Positions 1 to 10,719 are shown, counted from the stretch's first letter. The stretch: 64,000 nucleotides of DNA from Thermoplasmatales archaeon (GCA_014361195.1 JACIWA010000003.1:43681-107680), one strand, 5' to 3'. Made by a program: numbers and translations. Notes: generated from the sequence alone by a model not told the origin.

Positions 1-1
1 G

Positions 2-511
2 GATAAAAATGATGTTTTTGAAAAAGAAATAGAGATAGATATAACAGAGCTTGGCCCACAGATTGCATGCCCTCACAGTGTGGATAATGTAAAGGATATT
101 GAAGATGTGGAGGGAAAAGAAATAGATCAGGCATTACTCGGCTCATGCACAAATGGAAGAATTGAAGATTTGAGGATAGCCGCAAAAATACTGAAAGGAA
201 GGAAAATAGCAAAAAATGTAAGGTTGCTGGTATTTCCCGCATCAATGAAGATTTATAATCAGGCAATAAAGGAAGGGATAATTTCAACTCTCATAGAAGC
301 GGGAGCGGTAATTATGAATCCTGGATGTGGCCCGTGCCTCGGGGCGCATGAGGGAGTGCTCGCGAGCGGGGAGGTTGCGATAACAACAACAAACAGAAAT
401 TTCCAGGGAAGGATGGGAGCAATAGATTCTGAGATTTATCTTGCATCTCCTGCAACTGTTGCTGCGAGTGCGATTGAGGGTAAGATAAGTGACCTAAGAA
501 AATTTATCTGA
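2..511 (+). CDS. leuC: 3-isopropylmalate/homoaconitate dehydratase large subunit (aconitase family), C-terminal part; 5' end lies upstream of the window
   Basis: Frame is open from the window edge (DKNDVFEKEIEIDITELGPQIACPHSVDNVK...); motifs GSCTNGR and NPGCGPCLGAHEGVL...TTTNRNFQGRMG match the aconitase-family LeuC/HacA C-terminus. LeuC versus HacA cannot be distinguished by eye. Confidence 0.75.
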   Translation, partial: DKNDVFEKEIEIDITELGPQIACPHSVDNVKDIEDVEGKEIDQALLGSCTNGRIEDLRIAAKILKGRKIAKNVRLLVFPASMKIYNQAIKEGIISTLIEAGAVIMNPGCGPCLGAHEGVLASGEVAITTTNRNFQGRMGAIDSEIYLASPATVAASAIEGKISDLRKFI

Positions 512-2237
512 GCTTTCTATAAATGAAAAGCAATAACATGATTAAAATTACAATTGGTAAAACTACCGCAATAATCTCAACTCCTCTTAATTTCTTATAT
601 TCTATTCCATATATTTTTTTATCAATTTTTTCAAATATGTCTTTTACAATTTCAATTCCTTTCTTATAATTCCCTTCCTTGAAATAATTCTCCGCCTTTT
701 TATATTCATCATAAAACTTGCTCCCATTTACAATCCTCTCAATATCCACTCTTGTCTTGCACATGCTTAAAATAATTTCACCCAGCTCATTGGAGAAATT
801 TTTTAAAAAATCGATGTTTTTTTCAATTTCACATATTGAGGTATAATAATCCTTTTTCCACAGATTTCTCAAATTTTCTCTTTCTTCATAACTTGAATTT
901 AAAAATATTTTTTGCAAAATAATTGCTTGCTTCTGCATTTCAACATCAACAGAAGTTAATATTTCACTTGCCATATCAATATTTTTCATTGCTATATCCT
1001 CCACCTTTTCATTTTCATATACAAGGACTTCTTCAAAATTTCCAAAACTAACATTCCCATGCCCGTATTTTCTTAATAAGGAAAGAGATATCTCGGCTGC
1101 TTTTCCATTTTCATAATCATCATATATCTCATAATCACATATATGAACTGGAATAAATATGGAAGAACACTGGTCAGGAGCAAACCATCCAGCCATAAGT
1201 ATTTCTGGATTGCTAAGAGGTATCTTAAATATCATACATGCTTTCATTTCATTTTCGCATAATCCTCTTAGCCCTTCTATTTGCCAAGAATGAATTCTAG
1301 ATATATTCATTAAATCAATTACATTTATATTCCTGTATTTCTCATTTAAAATTCTTCCAATTCTATTTTCCCATTCATAATATTCATAGCAAACCCTCAA
1401 TTTTGCTTTTCTTCCATTTGCTTCCTTGAATTCTACATAAAAATTTCCAACCTTGCTTCCATTGCCTTTTTCAATTTTTGTCTCTTCCCCTAAAGGAAAT
1501 TGCTTTACAATTACATAATCATCTTTTATTTCCACTACTCTTATCCCATAAATCCCTCCTATTCTTACAACTTCTTTTTCAAATACATATCCATCAAAAA
1601 CTTTATCAAAAGATGATGCAATTCCAATCTTCCTTAAAAACCTGCTTTTCCATAGATATTTTGGATAATTTGACATAACCTCCAAGCCCTGAACTTCTCT
1701 TGAATAAAAATGAAGTGCATCCGCTTCAATTACATATGCTTCTTTTCCGACAACAAATAAATTTTCTCCTATACCTGGAGCATGCATATCAACAACTTCT
1801 TCAAGCAAGGCAACCGCCTCCTTTTCATTCCCTGCCTGCTGCGCCGCATAGCGGAGCCAATCGAAGTCGTCCCATGCTCTTTTTGTTGGATTTATCCAGT
1901 AGGTGGGCACATCCGCATCACCATATGCAAGACCCGCGCTCGTCATCATCATTCCCGCCTTCACTATATTTGGGGGTATATCTCCAGATGTTGCAACCCC
2001 TATTATTTTATATTTTGTTTTGAAAGCCATTTCATAATTTCTCCAGGGATGGTGGTAATTATATTCATATCCTTCATTTAAAATAAATAAAACCTGCAAA
2101 CCAGAGCGAGATGGGTCACGGACTTTCATGAAAAGATTGTAATTTCCAGAAGTTGCTTCATCCATAACAATTATATCTTTACAAGCGGAAGATAAGGGAA
2201 GAATTAACACTACAATAAGCAGAGCAATTTTATTCAC
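504..2237 (-). CDS. Exported, C-terminally membrane-anchored protein of unknown function (possible Ntn-hydrolase/C69-like peptidase)
   Basis: 577-aa ORF; N-terminal hydrophobic signal (MNKIALLIVVLILPLSSAC) with Cys right after the predicted cleavage site; C-terminal TM plus basic tail (IIAVVLPIVILIMLLLFIYRKLR); functional assignment is weak. Confidence 0.45.
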   Translation of the reverse strand: MNKIALLIVVLILPLSSACKDIIVMDEATSGNYNLFMKVRDPSRSGLQVLFILNEGYEYNYHHPWRNYEMAFKTKYKIIGVATSGDIPPNIVKAGMMMTSAGLAYGDADVPTYWINPTKRAWDDFDWLRYAAQQAGNEKEAVALLEEVVDMHAPGIGENLFVVGKEAYVIEADALHFYSREVQGLEVMSNYPKYLWKSRFLRKIGIASSFDKVFDGYVFEKEVVRIGGIYGIRVVEIKDDYVIVKQFPLGEETKIEKGNGSKVGNFYVEFKEANGRKAKLRVCYEYYEWENRIGRILNEKYRNINVIDLMNISRIHSWQIEGLRGLCENEMKACMIFKIPLSNPEILMAGWFAPDQCSSIFIPVHICDYEIYDDYENGKAAEISLSLLRKYGHGNVSFGNFEEVLVYENEKVEDIAMKNIDMASEILTSVDVEMQKQAIILQKIFLNSSYEERENLRNLWKKDYYTSICEIEKNIDFLKNFSNELGEIILSMCKTRVDIERIVNGSKFYDEYKKAENYFKEGNYKKGIEIVKDIFEKIDKKIYGIEYKKLRGVEIIAVVLPIVILIMLLLFIYRKLR

Positions 2238-2308
2238 AAAAATAATAAAAAAGAGGTAAATTTATTTTTCTAATTGCAAAATATTTTTATTACCAAGAGA
2301 TATTAATC

Positions 2309-2644
2309 ATGGGAAAGTTTAAAGATGCTATTAGTAGCTATATGGAAGCAAAAAAAGAATTGATAAAGAGCGAGCCAGAAATAATGAAAAATTATCAGAA
2401 ATTCGTGGAATCAATTCTGAAAGAAGGACATCTGAGCACAAAAACAAAAGAATTAATTGCACTGGCAATAGCGATTGTAAAAAGATGTGAATATTGCATT
2501 GGAATACATGTTGAAAAAGCATTAAAAGCAGGAGCAACCAAAGAAGAAATAATTGAAGTCGCTTTAGTTTGTACACTGATGGAAGGAGGACCCGCAATGA
2601 CATATTTTACGGAAGTAAAAAAAGCATTGGATGATTTCTGCTAA
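2309..2644 (+). CDS. Carboxymuconolactone decarboxylase / AhpD-like family protein
   Basis: 111 aa; CxxC-containing core (KRCEYCIGIHVEKALKAGATKEEI) typical of AhpD-like fold; stop overlaps rnz start by 1 nt (TAATG). Confidence 0.75.
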   Translation: MGKFKDAISSYMEAKKELIKSEPEIMKNYQKFVESILKEGHLSTKTKELIALAIAIVKRCEYCIGIHVEKALKAGATKEEIIEVALVCTLMEGGPAMTYFTEVKKALDDFC

Positions 2645-3558
2645 TGCAACTCTATATTTATTTCCTTGGGACAGGAGGCAGTTGGCCAACAGTCCAGAGA
2701 AATGTGTCTTCAATAGCAATAAAAAGAGGAGGAGAAGTGCTCCTCTTTGATTGTGGAGAAGGAACGCAACGGCAACTCCAAAAATCTGAAATAAGTTATA
2801 TGCAGATAAAAAGAATTTTTATAACACATTTCCATGGAGATCATATCTTGGGATTGCCTGGATTAATTCAAACTTTTCAGCTAAATGATAGAAAAGAGGA
2901 TTTGCATATATATGGGCCGAAAGGAATAAATGAACTTGTTCATGAAATTGCCCATCTCGGTTACTTCAAGCCTTCCTATAAGATTTATTCACATGAATTG
3001 AATGAAAATGATTGTGTTGATTTTGATGGATATAAAATAAAATGCATTTTTGTTGAGCATAATGTTCCAACCCTTGCATATTGCTTGGAAGAAGATATTA
3101 GACCTGGAAAATTCAACAAAGAAAGAGCTCTATCTCTTGGAATTCCGGAAGGGCATTTATTCAGGGAATTGCAGAAGGGAAAAAGTATAGAGATAAATGG
3201 AAAAATAATAACCCCCGACATGGTGCTCGGCGAGCCCCGCCCCGGGAGAAAAATTATTATATCTGGAGATACAATGCCTTGCAGTAAATTAGTAGAATTT
3301 GCAAAAAAGAGCGATGTGCTGATACATGATGCAACCTTCTCATCAGATATGGAAGAAAAAGCAAAAGAGTATTTTCATTCCACCGCAATGCAATCCGCAC
3401 AAATAGCAAAAGAAGCGGAAGTAGAGATGCTTATTTTAACTCATATAAGTCCAAGATATAAGAATGCAAAAATTTTGGAAGAAGAAGCGAGGAAAATATT
3501 TCCAAATTCATATTTAGCAAATGATTTTATGAAAATTGAAGTTAAATTAAAGAAGTGA
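2644..3558 (+). CDS. rnz: Ribonuclease Z (tRNA 3' endonuclease, metallo-beta-lactamase fold)
   Basis: 304 aa short-form tRNase Z; His motif ITHFHGDHILGLPGL; GTGGSWP N-terminus. Confidence 0.9.
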   Translation: MQLYIYFLGTGGSWPTVQRNVSSIAIKRGGEVLLFDCGEGTQRQLQKSEISYMQIKRIFITHFHGDHILGLPGLIQTFQLNDRKEDLHIYGPKGINELVHEIAHLGYFKPSYKIYSHELNENDCVDFDGYKIKCIFVEHNVPTLAYCLEEDIRPGKFNKERALSLGIPEGHLFRELQKGKSIEINGKIITPDMVLGEPRPGRKIIISGDTMPCSKLVEFAKKSDVLIHDATFSSDMEEKAKEYFHSTAMQSAQIAKEAEVEMLILTHISPRYKNAKILEEEARKIFPNSYLANDFMKIEVKLKK

Positions 3559-3610
3559 GGAGTGAGGTAGAGGAGGTGAAAAGAAAAAGATAAAAAGACC
3601 TCACTCCTCA
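3556..3610. repeat. Perfect 13-bp inverted repeat (TGAGGAGTGAGGT ... ACCTCACTCCTCA) with 29-nt purine-rich loop, starting at the rnz stop codon
   Basis: Read directly: left arm 3556-3568, right arm 3598-3610; followed by T-rich tracts before tRNA-Gln. Confidence 0.6.
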
Positions 3611-3701
3611 TTGAGAATAGATTGTCGATTTATAAATTTTTGGTAAAAGATTTAAAGAATAATTTTTTACATTATTGCTCCATAGTTATTCCTCAATAAT
3701 C

Positions 3702-3774
3702 AGCCCCGTGGTGTAGTGGTCAAGCATGTGAGGCTCTGGACCTCACGACCCAGGTTCGAATCCTGGCGGGGCTA
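3702..3774 (+). tRNA. tRNA-Gln (anticodon CTG)
   Basis: 73-nt cloverleaf: acceptor AGCCCCG/CGGGGCT, anticodon stem TGAGG/CCTCA with loop CTCTGGA, T-arm GGTTCGAATCC; A1-U72 typical of archaeal tRNA-Gln. Confidence 0.85.
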
Positions 3775-5031
3775 TCAAATTTTTTTCCATTTTCTTCCCG
3801 CATATATTGGCTTCTCAATGCCCTCTTCAATTCTCATCAGTTGATTATATTTTTCTGTTCTCTCCGCCCTGCAGGGTGCGCCCGCTTTTATCTGCCCGCA
3901 ATCTATTGCGACTGCTAAATCCGCTATAAATGAATCGCAGGTGTCACCAGAGCGATGGGATACCATTATTGAATAATTATTTTCCTTGCATATTTTTGCT
4001 ACTCTGAGTGTTTCAGTTAATGTGCCGCATTGATTTGGCTTCAGCAGCAATGCATTGCATGCCTTCTTTTTTATTCCTTCTTTTAATCTTTTTGCATTTG
4101 TTACAAAAATATCATCTCCAACAATCTGTATTTTCTTTCCCAATTTTTTTGTTATTTTAACAAATCCATCCCAATCATCTTCAGCAAAAGGATCTTCAAA
4201 TGAAATTATAGGATAATCTTCTACAAGCTCTTCATAAAAATCAATTAGCTCATCCACATCTTTTTCTCCTTCTATATGATAGCTATTGCCTTTATAAAAA
4301 GAAGAGGCTGCGCTATCAATTGCTAACATAACTTCATTTTCATAGCCATTTTCTTCTATAGCATTCATTATTAGCTCAAGGGCGGATCTTGTCTCCTTTA
4401 GAGGAGGAGCAAATCCACCTTCATCACCAACATTTATTGAATTTTTCCCATATTTCTTTAAGAGTATTTCCTTCAATGAATAATATACTTCACATGCCTT
4501 TCTTACCGCATCTGAAAAACTTTTAGCCACCAATGGAGCAATCATGAATTCCTGTATGGCAAGCTCATTTCCCGCATGCTTTCCTCCATTTATTATGTTC
4601 ATGAAAGGAATTGGCAAAATATTTCCATTCTTGTTTAAATATTGATATACAGGAATTTTTTCTTCATTGGCGGAACACTTACAGCAAGCAATTGACGTAG
4701 CTATTGATGCATTTCCCCCAATTATTCTTTTATCTGGTGTCCCATCTATTTTAATAATCTTTTCATCAATTTCCTCCTGCTCTTTTACATCCATCCCCAC
4801 CAAGGCGGGGGCCAGAATTGTATGAACATTTTCTATTGCATTCCTTACTCCTTTCCCATGAAATTCTTTTCCTCCATCTCTAAGCTCAACCGCTTCTCTC
4901 GCTCCGCGACTTGCTCCGGATGGGGCGCTTGCCCTCCCTGTAGCATTTTTTGTTTTTACTTCTACCTCTATCGTTGGATTTCCTCTTGAATCAAGAATTT
5001 GCCTGGCTTTTATGCTCTCTATTCTGCTCAT
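3775..5031 (-). CDS. eno: Enolase (phosphopyruvate hydratase)
   Basis: 418 aa; canonical enolase N-terminus IKARQILDSRGNPTIEVEV, SHRSGDT and KPNQCGTLTE motifs; stop abuts tRNA-Gln 3' end. Confidence 0.95.
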   Translation of the reverse strand: MSRIESIKARQILDSRGNPTIEVEVKTKNATGRASAPSGASRGAREAVELRDGGKEFHGKGVRNAIENVHTILAPALVGMDVKEQEEIDEKIIKIDGTPDKRIIGGNASIATSIACCKCSANEEKIPVYQYLNKNGNILPIPFMNIINGGKHAGNELAIQEFMIAPLVAKSFSDAVRKACEVYYSLKEILLKKYGKNSINVGDEGGFAPPLKETRSALELIMNAIEENGYENEVMLAIDSAASSFYKGNSYHIEGEKDVDELIDFYEELVEDYPIISFEDPFAEDDWDGFVKITKKLGKKIQIVGDDIFVTNAKRLKEGIKKKACNALLLKPNQCGTLTETLRVAKICKENNYSIMVSHRSGDTCDSFIADLAVAIDCGQIKAGAPCRAERTEKYNQLMRIEEGIEKPIYAGRKWKKI

Positions 5032-5064
5032 GAAAATAAATAGGAAATATTTAATAGATTTTTC

Positions 5065-5358
5065 TCAAATTTTTTCCACTTCCTTTTCCAGCAATTTTTT
5101 TCTCTCCTTGGCACTTCTACCTGTTGCCTCAAAAAGAAAACTGTTCCATTTTTTCAATATTTCTGGATTCGGCTCAATTTTTTCAGGTGGTTTTATATCT
5201 ATTAATATCTCATTTTTTTCCTTTTTTATGAATATTTTCCCTATCCCTTCTTCTTCAAATTCAAACCCTTCGCTCAAATTTCCTTCAACATTAAAATATT
5301 TCTTCAGCAATTCATTCAAATCCGCTTTATGCCCCTTCTTTATTGAATACTCCCTCAT
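5065..5358 (-). CDS. Hypothetical small K/E-rich protein
   Basis: 97-aa ORF in the gap between eno and pyrH; no recognisable motif. Confidence 0.35.
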   Translation of the reverse strand: MREYSIKKGHKADLNELLKKYFNVEGNLSEGFEFEEEGIGKIFIKKEKNEILIDIKPPEKIEPNPEILKKWNSFLFEATGRSAKERKKLLEKEVEKI

Positions 5359-5400
5359 AATGGTATAGAAAACATTTTATAAATTCTTTTTAATACATTC

Positions 5401-6054
5401 ATGAAAGTTGCTCTCTCCTTGGGAGGCTCATTGCTCTCTCTGGATAATCCAGAATTTATAGAAGAAATATCAATTTTTCTGAAGAAAATATCAGAGAAAA
5501 TTCCTCTTTTTATTGTTGTTGGTGGTGGAAAAACTGCAAGAGAATATATTTCAGTTGGAAGAAAATTTTGCAAGGATGAAAGATATCTTGATGAAATTGG
5601 AATAATGGCCACCCGTTTAAATGCATACCTCATAAATTCTTTCTTCAGAAAAAAAATCCCTGAGACAATAGAAGAGGCAATTCAAATTGGCCCCCCTCTT
5701 GTGATGGGTGGCACCACTTCAGGCCACTCCACAGATGCGGTGGCGGCGATGCTTGCGAGGGCGGGAAATGCGAGCCATCTTGTGATTGCAACTGATGTTG
5801 ATGGGATATATGATAAGGATCCAAAAATTTACAGTGATGCGATTAAATTTGATAAAATTGGTATAGATGAGCTTATAAAAATGGTTGGGGATGAATGGAA
5901 GAGCGCTGGCTATAAGGTTGTTGTTGATCCTGTTGCATGCAAAATAATAAAGGAAGGAAGGATAAAAACATTTGTTGTTAATGGAAAAAATATTAAAGAA
6001 TTAGAAAATGCTATATATGGGAGAAAATTTAATGGAACAATTATAGAGGTATAA
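5401..6054 (+). CDS. pyrH: UMP kinase (archaeal type, amino-acid kinase fold)
   Basis: 217 aa; VVGGGKTAREY, GGTTSGHSTD, IATDVDGIYDKDP motifs. Confidence 0.9.
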   Translation: MKVALSLGGSLLSLDNPEFIEEISIFLKKISEKIPLFIVVGGGKTAREYISVGRKFCKDERYLDEIGIMATRLNAYLINSFFRKKIPETIEEAIQIGPPLVMGGTTSGHSTDAVAAMLARAGNASHLVIATDVDGIYDKDPKIYSDAIKFDKIGIDELIKMVGDEWKSAGYKVVVDPVACKIIKEGRIKTFVVNGKNIKELENAIYGRKFNGTIIEV

Positions 6055-6055
6055 A

Positions 6056-6250
6056 ATGATTCCACAGCACAGTCATTGCAGGATATGTGGAAAAGCAATA
6101 AAATATGATGAGGATTTTTGCAGTGAAAAATGCAAAAGTGAATATGAAAATTATTTAAAGAAGAGGAGAAGACTACAGATAATATTCTACATCCTGATTT
6201 TCTTGGTAATTATAGTGTATATGTTCTTAATCATTAGCCAGAGGGGCTAG
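6056..6250 (+). CDS. Small zinc-ribbon membrane protein (DUF2116-like)
   Basis: 64 aa; CRICGK...CSEKC zinc-ribbon followed by one TM helix. Confidence 0.5.
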   Translation: MIPQHSHCRICGKAIKYDEDFCSEKCKSEYENYLKKRRRLQIIFYILIFLVIIVYMFLIISQRG

Positions 6251-7260
6251 AGTAATTTCTTTCCATTTATTTCCACTTCACATATATCATTTCCACTGAC
6301 TTTTGCGTCTAAATCAAGGAATTTCTTTAACAAAAATAATTCTGTTGTTGCATGATTGCTAATTTTCTTGCATTTAAAGCATGTTTTATATCCACTTATT
6401 GCAAGGAATGGTATGATTTGGTCAACCGCTTTTTCATCAAGGTCAACATTTGCATAAATTTCCTCAAGAATTTTTTTTGAAACAGATTCTCCTATTTCTT
6501 CCGCCCTCCTGCCCTTCTCCCCCAGGCAATCCGCCCCTAATATTTTTGGCTTGCTCCATAGAACAATTCCTACACCTGGAGAAATTGCCTCATATTTTTC
6601 AATTCTTATATTTTTTGGAAAATCCTTTATATTTTCTTCCACGGATTTCTTTATTCTTTCCGCTATTTGAACTGGAAGATTTGAAATATTAACAATTCCT
6701 TCTATTTCCTCAACTTTTTCATCAAAATAAATCGGCCTTATTTCTTTGCATGGCTTTATAATCACCTCTACCTTCCCTCCACCAGCGGGATAATACCCTC
6801 TTTTGTGCAATTTCCCGTATATTTCTATTCCCATTTTTCTAAGAATTTCAAGAAAAACATTTTTAAAATAATCCCAGGGAGGAGCCCACCTCACATCTGT
6901 CCCTCCCTTCAGAATCAATTTTGTTTCTTTTTCAGCAAAAATTGATGGAATTATGCATGCCTGCAAAACAAGGGCTATACTTCCAGCGGTTCCAACATCA
7001 AATTCGTATTCTCCTCCCTCAATTTCTCTAGGATAAAATTCTATTTCGCTTGAACCAATTTTTAATCCTTTAACATTTGCATTGCATATTTTTGAAACAG
7101 TTTCAATTGAAGCAATGTGCTGATTTCTCAGTCCTGGATTTGGTCTATTTGCCCTTATATTGAAAATTCTAACCGGCTTTTTTGTTATAGAGGAGAATGC
7201 TATGCTCATCCTCAACATCTGCCCTCCGCCTTCTCCATAACTTCCATCTATTTCAATCAT
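6247..7260 (-). CDS. rtcA: RNA 3'-terminal phosphate cyclase
   Basis: 337 aa; N-terminus [22 protein letters not shown] and HxGxG-type core typical of RtcA. Confidence 0.9.
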   Translation of the reverse strand: MIEIDGSYGEGGGQMLRMSIAFSSITKKPVRIFNIRANRPNPGLRNQHIASIETVSKICNANVKGLKIGSSEIEFYPREIEGGEYEFDVGTAGSIALVLQACIIPSIFAEKETKLILKGGTDVRWAPPWDYFKNVFLEILRKMGIEIYGKLHKRGYYPAGGGKVEVIIKPCKEIRPIYFDEKVEEIEGIVNISNLPVQIAERIKKSVEENIKDFPKNIRIEKYEAISPGVGIVLWSKPKILGADCLGEKGRRAEEIGESVSKKILEEIYANVDLDEKAVDQIIPFLAISGYKTCFKCKKISNHATTELFLLKKFLDLDAKVSGNDICEVEINGKKLL

Positions 7261-7301
7261 TTTACCACAAAGCTTAAATTATTATATATTTATAATCCCA
7301 T

Positions 7302-7376
7302 AGCGGGGTGGGGTAGTCAGGAAAACCCGTCGGGCTCATAACCCGAAGATCCGTGGTTCAAATCCACGCCCCGCTA
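7302..7376 (+). tRNA. tRNA-Met (anticodon CAT), initiator-like
   Basis: 75 nt; acceptor AGCGGGG/CCCCGCT with A1:U72, anticodon stem with three consecutive G:C pairs flanking loop CTCATAA, T-arm CGTGGTTCAAATCCACG; 3' end abuts cdc48 stop. Confidence 0.85.
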
Positions 7377-9578
7377 CTACATTACTTCTACTCCTTTCTT
7401 CAACTCTTTCTTGGCAACTCCCTTGCCCAACTTCTTCTCCATTTCTTTATAATATTCCATCATTTCTTCATCAACAGATGGATGAACTTCTTTCATAGCC
7501 CTCATGAAATGCTCTCTTGTTACTTCATTTGCATTTTCTCTCAATGCCATCATTCCTGCCTCCCTGCATATCGCTTCTATATCCGCTCCTACATATCCTT
7601 CCGCTATTCCCGCCAGCTCATCTATGCTAACATCTTTTGCAAGTGGCATATTTTTTGTATGTATCTTGAAAATGCTCTTCCTGGCTTCTTTATCTGGTAT
7701 TCCTACAAGTACCAGTTCATCAAACCTCCCGGGGCGAAGGAGGGAGGGGTCAATTATATCTGGCCTGTTCGTTGCACCAATTATAACAACATCACTCATC
7801 TGCTCCAGCCCATCAATTGAAGTTAGAAGTTGATTTACAACAGTTTCAGTTACCCTTGTTCCTTCATGGCTCCCTCTTCTTGGAGCAATTGCATCTATTT
7901 CATCGAAAAATACTATTGATGGAGCGGTCTGCTTTGCCTTCTTGAATAACTCTCTTATTGCTTTCTCACTCTCACCCACCCATTTGCTGAAAATCTCTGG
8001 TCCTTTTACTGACAAAAAGTTTGCTTCACTTTCTGTCGCAACCGCTTTCGCAAGCAATGTTTTTCCTGTTCCTGGTGGGCCATAAAGCAAAATTCCTTTT
8101 GGTGGCCTGATTCCCATTTTTTTAAATGCTTCAGGATTTTTTAATGGCCATTCAACCGCTTCTCTTAATCTTTGCTTCACATCTTCAAGCCCGCCAATAT
8201 CCTCCCACCTAACATTTGGAATTTCAATTAAAACTTCTCTCAGAGCGGATGGTTCAATCATCTTAAGGGCTTCTTTGAAATCATTCATCATAACAACCAT
8301 TTTTTCAAGAACTTCAGTGGGAATTGGCTTATCAAGCTCTATCTCTGGCAAATACCTGCGCAATGCATTCATCGCCGCCTCCCTTGCAAGTGCTGCAAGA
8401 TCCGCTCCAACAAATCCATGGGTTACATCAGCAAGTGCATCCAGATTTACATCTTCCGCAAGGGGCATGCCTCTTGTATGAATTTGAAGAATCTCCTTTC
8501 TGCCATCTCTGTCTGGAACTCCTATTTCAATTTCCCTGTCAAATCTTCCAGGGCGCCTTAAAGCGGGATCCAAAGAATCTGGCCTGTTTGTTGCCCCTAT
8601 AACTATTACTTTTCCCCTTCCCTTTAATCCATCCATTAGAGTAAGCAATTGAGAAACGACTCTTCTTTCAACCTCACCATGCACTTCCTCTCTTTTGGGA
8701 GCAATTGCATCTATTTCATCAATGAAAATTATTGAGGGAGCATTTTTTTCCGCTTCCTCGAATGTCCTTCTCAAATTTTCCTCGCTCTGGCCATAAAATT
8801 TACTCATTATTTCAGGCCCATTTATTGTAAAGAAGCTTGCTCCAGATTCATTTGCAACAGCTTTTGCAATCAATGTTTTTCCTGTTCCTGGTGGGCCATA
8901 AAGCAATACTCCTTTTGGAGGATCTATTCCAAGCCTTTCAAAAAGCTCAGGATGTTTCAATGGCAATTCTATCATCTCTCTTATTTTCATTATTTCTTCA
9001 TCAAGTCCTCCAATATCTTCATAGCTTATCTGTGGCAATTTAAGCAATTCTTCCTTTATCGGCTCTTCTTTGACTATAACACTTGTTTCATCCCCAATAA
9101 CTACTAATCCTTTTGGCTCGGTTTTAACAACTCCAAATGGAAGGGAGTTACCAAAAAGAGCAATTCCTGGAACAATTATTGTATCTCCCGCAGTGAGTGG
9201 GCGTTTATAAAGCCCTCTCTTAACTATGCTCTCTATACCATGCCCAAATTGGATTCTCTGGCTCTGAGAAATTGCTGGGGCAATAACAACCTGGCTCGCT
9301 ACCTTCACTTCCACTTTCCTTATTGTTACCTTATCCCCGATTCCAACTCTCGCATTTTTCCTCGTAAGATTGTCTATCCTTATTATTCCCTTCCCCTCAT
9401 CAATGGGGCGGGCGCGCCAGACTATTGCTCCAGTTTTTCTTCCCCCTTCTATCTCAATTATGTCGCCTGGTGCAACATTTAGCTTCATTCTCGTTTCAGT
9501 ATCGATTCTCGCTCTTCCCGCTCCTACATCCTGACTAAGGCCTTCAGCCACCCTAAGCACAACTTCATTCGTTTCCAT
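7377..9578 (-). CDS. cdc48: CDC48/VCP-like AAA+ ATPase (two AAA domains)
   Basis: 733 aa; two Walker A (GPPGTGKT) and Walker B ([16 protein letters not shown]) modules plus N-terminal Cdc48 domain. Confidence 0.95.
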   Translation of the reverse strand: METNEVVLRVAEGLSQDVGAGRARIDTETRMKLNVAPGDIIEIEGGRKTGAIVWRARPIDEGKGIIRIDNLTRKNARVGIGDKVTIRKVEVKVASQVVIAPAISQSQRIQFGHGIESIVKRGLYKRPLTAGDTIIVPGIALFGNSLPFGVVKTEPKGLVVIGDETSVIVKEEPIKEELLKLPQISYEDIGGLDEEIMKIREMIELPLKHPELFERLGIDPPKGVLLYGPPGTGKTLIAKAVANESGASFFTINGPEIMSKFYGQSEENLRRTFEEAEKNAPSIIFIDEIDAIAPKREEVHGEVERRVVSQLLTLMDGLKGRGKVIVIGATNRPDSLDPALRRPGRFDREIEIGVPDRDGRKEILQIHTRGMPLAEDVNLDALADVTHGFVGADLAALAREAAMNALRRYLPEIELDKPIPTEVLEKMVVMMNDFKEALKMIEPSALREVLIEIPNVRWEDIGGLEDVKQRLREAVEWPLKNPEAFKKMGIRPPKGILLYGPPGTGKTLLAKAVATESEANFLSVKGPEIFSKWVGESEKAIRELFKKAKQTAPSIVFFDEIDAIAPRRGSHEGTRVTETVVNQLLTSIDGLEQMSDVVIIGATNRPDIIDPSLLRPGRFDELVLVGIPDKEARKSIFKIHTKNMPLAKDVSIDELAGIAEGYVGADIEAICREAGMMALRENANEVTREHFMRAMKEVHPSVDEEMMEYYKEMEKKLGKGVAKKELKKGVEVM

Positions 9579-9904
9579 CAGTTTTGATAATACAACACAT
9601 ATTAATTTCTTTTGCTGAATTTATGCAAGCTTTTTATTCCATTAAACCACAGGCACTATCAGGAATTAAATTTAAATAATAGAAAAACTTTCAAAATTAC
9701 TTGATGAAAGAAGAGAATATTTTGCTGAATGTAGGAAAGAGAAAAATTGACTTTGAATCAATTCATTCAGATTCATCTTTTTACTAAACTGAATTTAGAG
9801 GTGTGTGAATAAAAATAACAAGGCAAGGTTTAGGAGCATGGAACTGCATTAGTTAATCTATAATATGGAGGTAAGAATTTCTTGGCACTGAAAGGCAAAC
9901 AATA

Positions 9905-9925
9905 AGTTACATTTTTATATTCCTT
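9905..9925 (+). promoter_or_regulatory. Candidate archaeal TATA box (TTTTTATAT) ~24 nt upstream of the rps19e ATG, implying a leaderless transcript
   Basis: AT-rich TATA-like element at 9913-9921 in a 360-bp divergent intergenic region; spacing consistent with leaderless initiation. Confidence 0.3.
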
Positions 9926-9940
9926 CTTTATTGCTTTTCA

Positions 9941-10375
9941 ATGACCACCGCATATGATGTGCCTGCAGAGCCATTGATAAAAAGGCTTGCAGAAAAACTC
10001 AAAAACGAGTTTAAAATAGCTCCGCCTGAGTGGGCTAAATGGATAAAGACAGGGATACATAAGGAAAGACCACCTGAAAATCCTGAATGGTGGTACATAA
10101 GAGTTGCTGCAATCCTGCGAAAAATTTATATGCGAGGGCCTATTGGAACATCTCGCTTGCGAGGGCTTTATGGAGGAAGGAGAGATAGAAGAAATGCACC
10201 ATACAAGCATGTAAAGGGTAGCGGTTCAATAATAAGAAAAGCGCTTCAGCAATTAGAAGAGCAAGGACTTGTTGAGCAAGTAAAAGGAAAGGGAAGAAAA
10301 ATAACACCTAAGGGGCAATCGCTTGTTGATAATACCGCCCATGAATTAGCGGAGGAGATAGGAAAACTTATATAG
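9941..10375 (+). CDS. rps19e: 30S ribosomal protein S19e
   Basis: 144 aa; DVPAEPLIKRLAEKLK...PPEWAKWIKTG...WWYIRVAAILRKIY typical of S19e. Confidence 0.9.
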   Translation: MTTAYDVPAEPLIKRLAEKLKNEFKIAPPEWAKWIKTGIHKERPPENPEWWYIRVAAILRKIYMRGPIGTSRLRGLYGGRRDRRNAPYKHVKGSGSIIRKALQQLEEQGLVEQVKGKGRKITPKGQSLVDNTAHELAEEIGKLI

Positions 10376-10394
10376 TAGATAGAGGTGATTTATA

Positions 10395-10718
10395 GTGGAT
10401 GATACTGAAGAAATAAAGAGAAGAATGCTTGAGCAAATGCAAAGAGAAGCGGAAGAGGAGCAGAGAAGACAGATTGAAAAAGAGATATGGGAAGCTCAAA
10501 AAAGGAATTTATTGAAAATTTTGCTTGACGCAGATGCGAGGGCGAGATTAGAGAGAATAAGAATGGCTAAGCCGGAAGAAGCGGAATATATAGAAAACCA
10601 AATTATAAGGTTATATCAGATGGGAAAAATAAAAAATAGGATAAATGATGAGGTTTTGAAAATTTTAATATCTCATCTTATGCCAAAGAAAAGAGATATA
10701 AGTATAAGGAGGTTGTAA
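10395..10718 (+). CDS. DNA-binding protein, PDCD5/TFAR19-like (COG2118 family)
   Basis: 107 aa charged helical protein in the conserved position between rps19e and rpl39e. Confidence 0.7.
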   Translation: MDDTEEIKRRMLEQMQREAEEEQRRQIEKEIWEAQKRNLLKILLDADARARLERIRMAKPEEAEYIENQIIRLYQMGKIKNRINDEVLKILISHLMPKKRDISIRRL

Positions 10719-10719
10719 G

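Noticed and set aside
1478-2081. Plus-strand ORFs (66, 107, 99 aa) inside the 504-2237 minus-strand gene
   Set aside because: Low-complexity L/H/Q/P-rich translations lying antisense to a longer, more coherent ORF; typical shadow ORFs.
5355-5633. 92-aa minus-strand ORF overlapping the start of pyrH
   Set aside because: Overlaps a well-supported UMP kinase gene on the other strand; no features.
7353-9482. Multiple plus-strand ORFs (7353-7820, 7504-7833, 8275-8602, 8837-9043, 9240-9482) antisense to cdc48
   Set aside because: They overlap a strongly supported AAA+ ATPase gene, have no motifs and skewed composition; spurious.
9700-9730. Possible C/D-box sRNA (TGATGA followed by CTGA) in the cdc48-rps19e spacer
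   Set aside because: No matching C-prime/D box pair or terminal stem at the expected spacing; probably chance motifs in AT-rich DNA.
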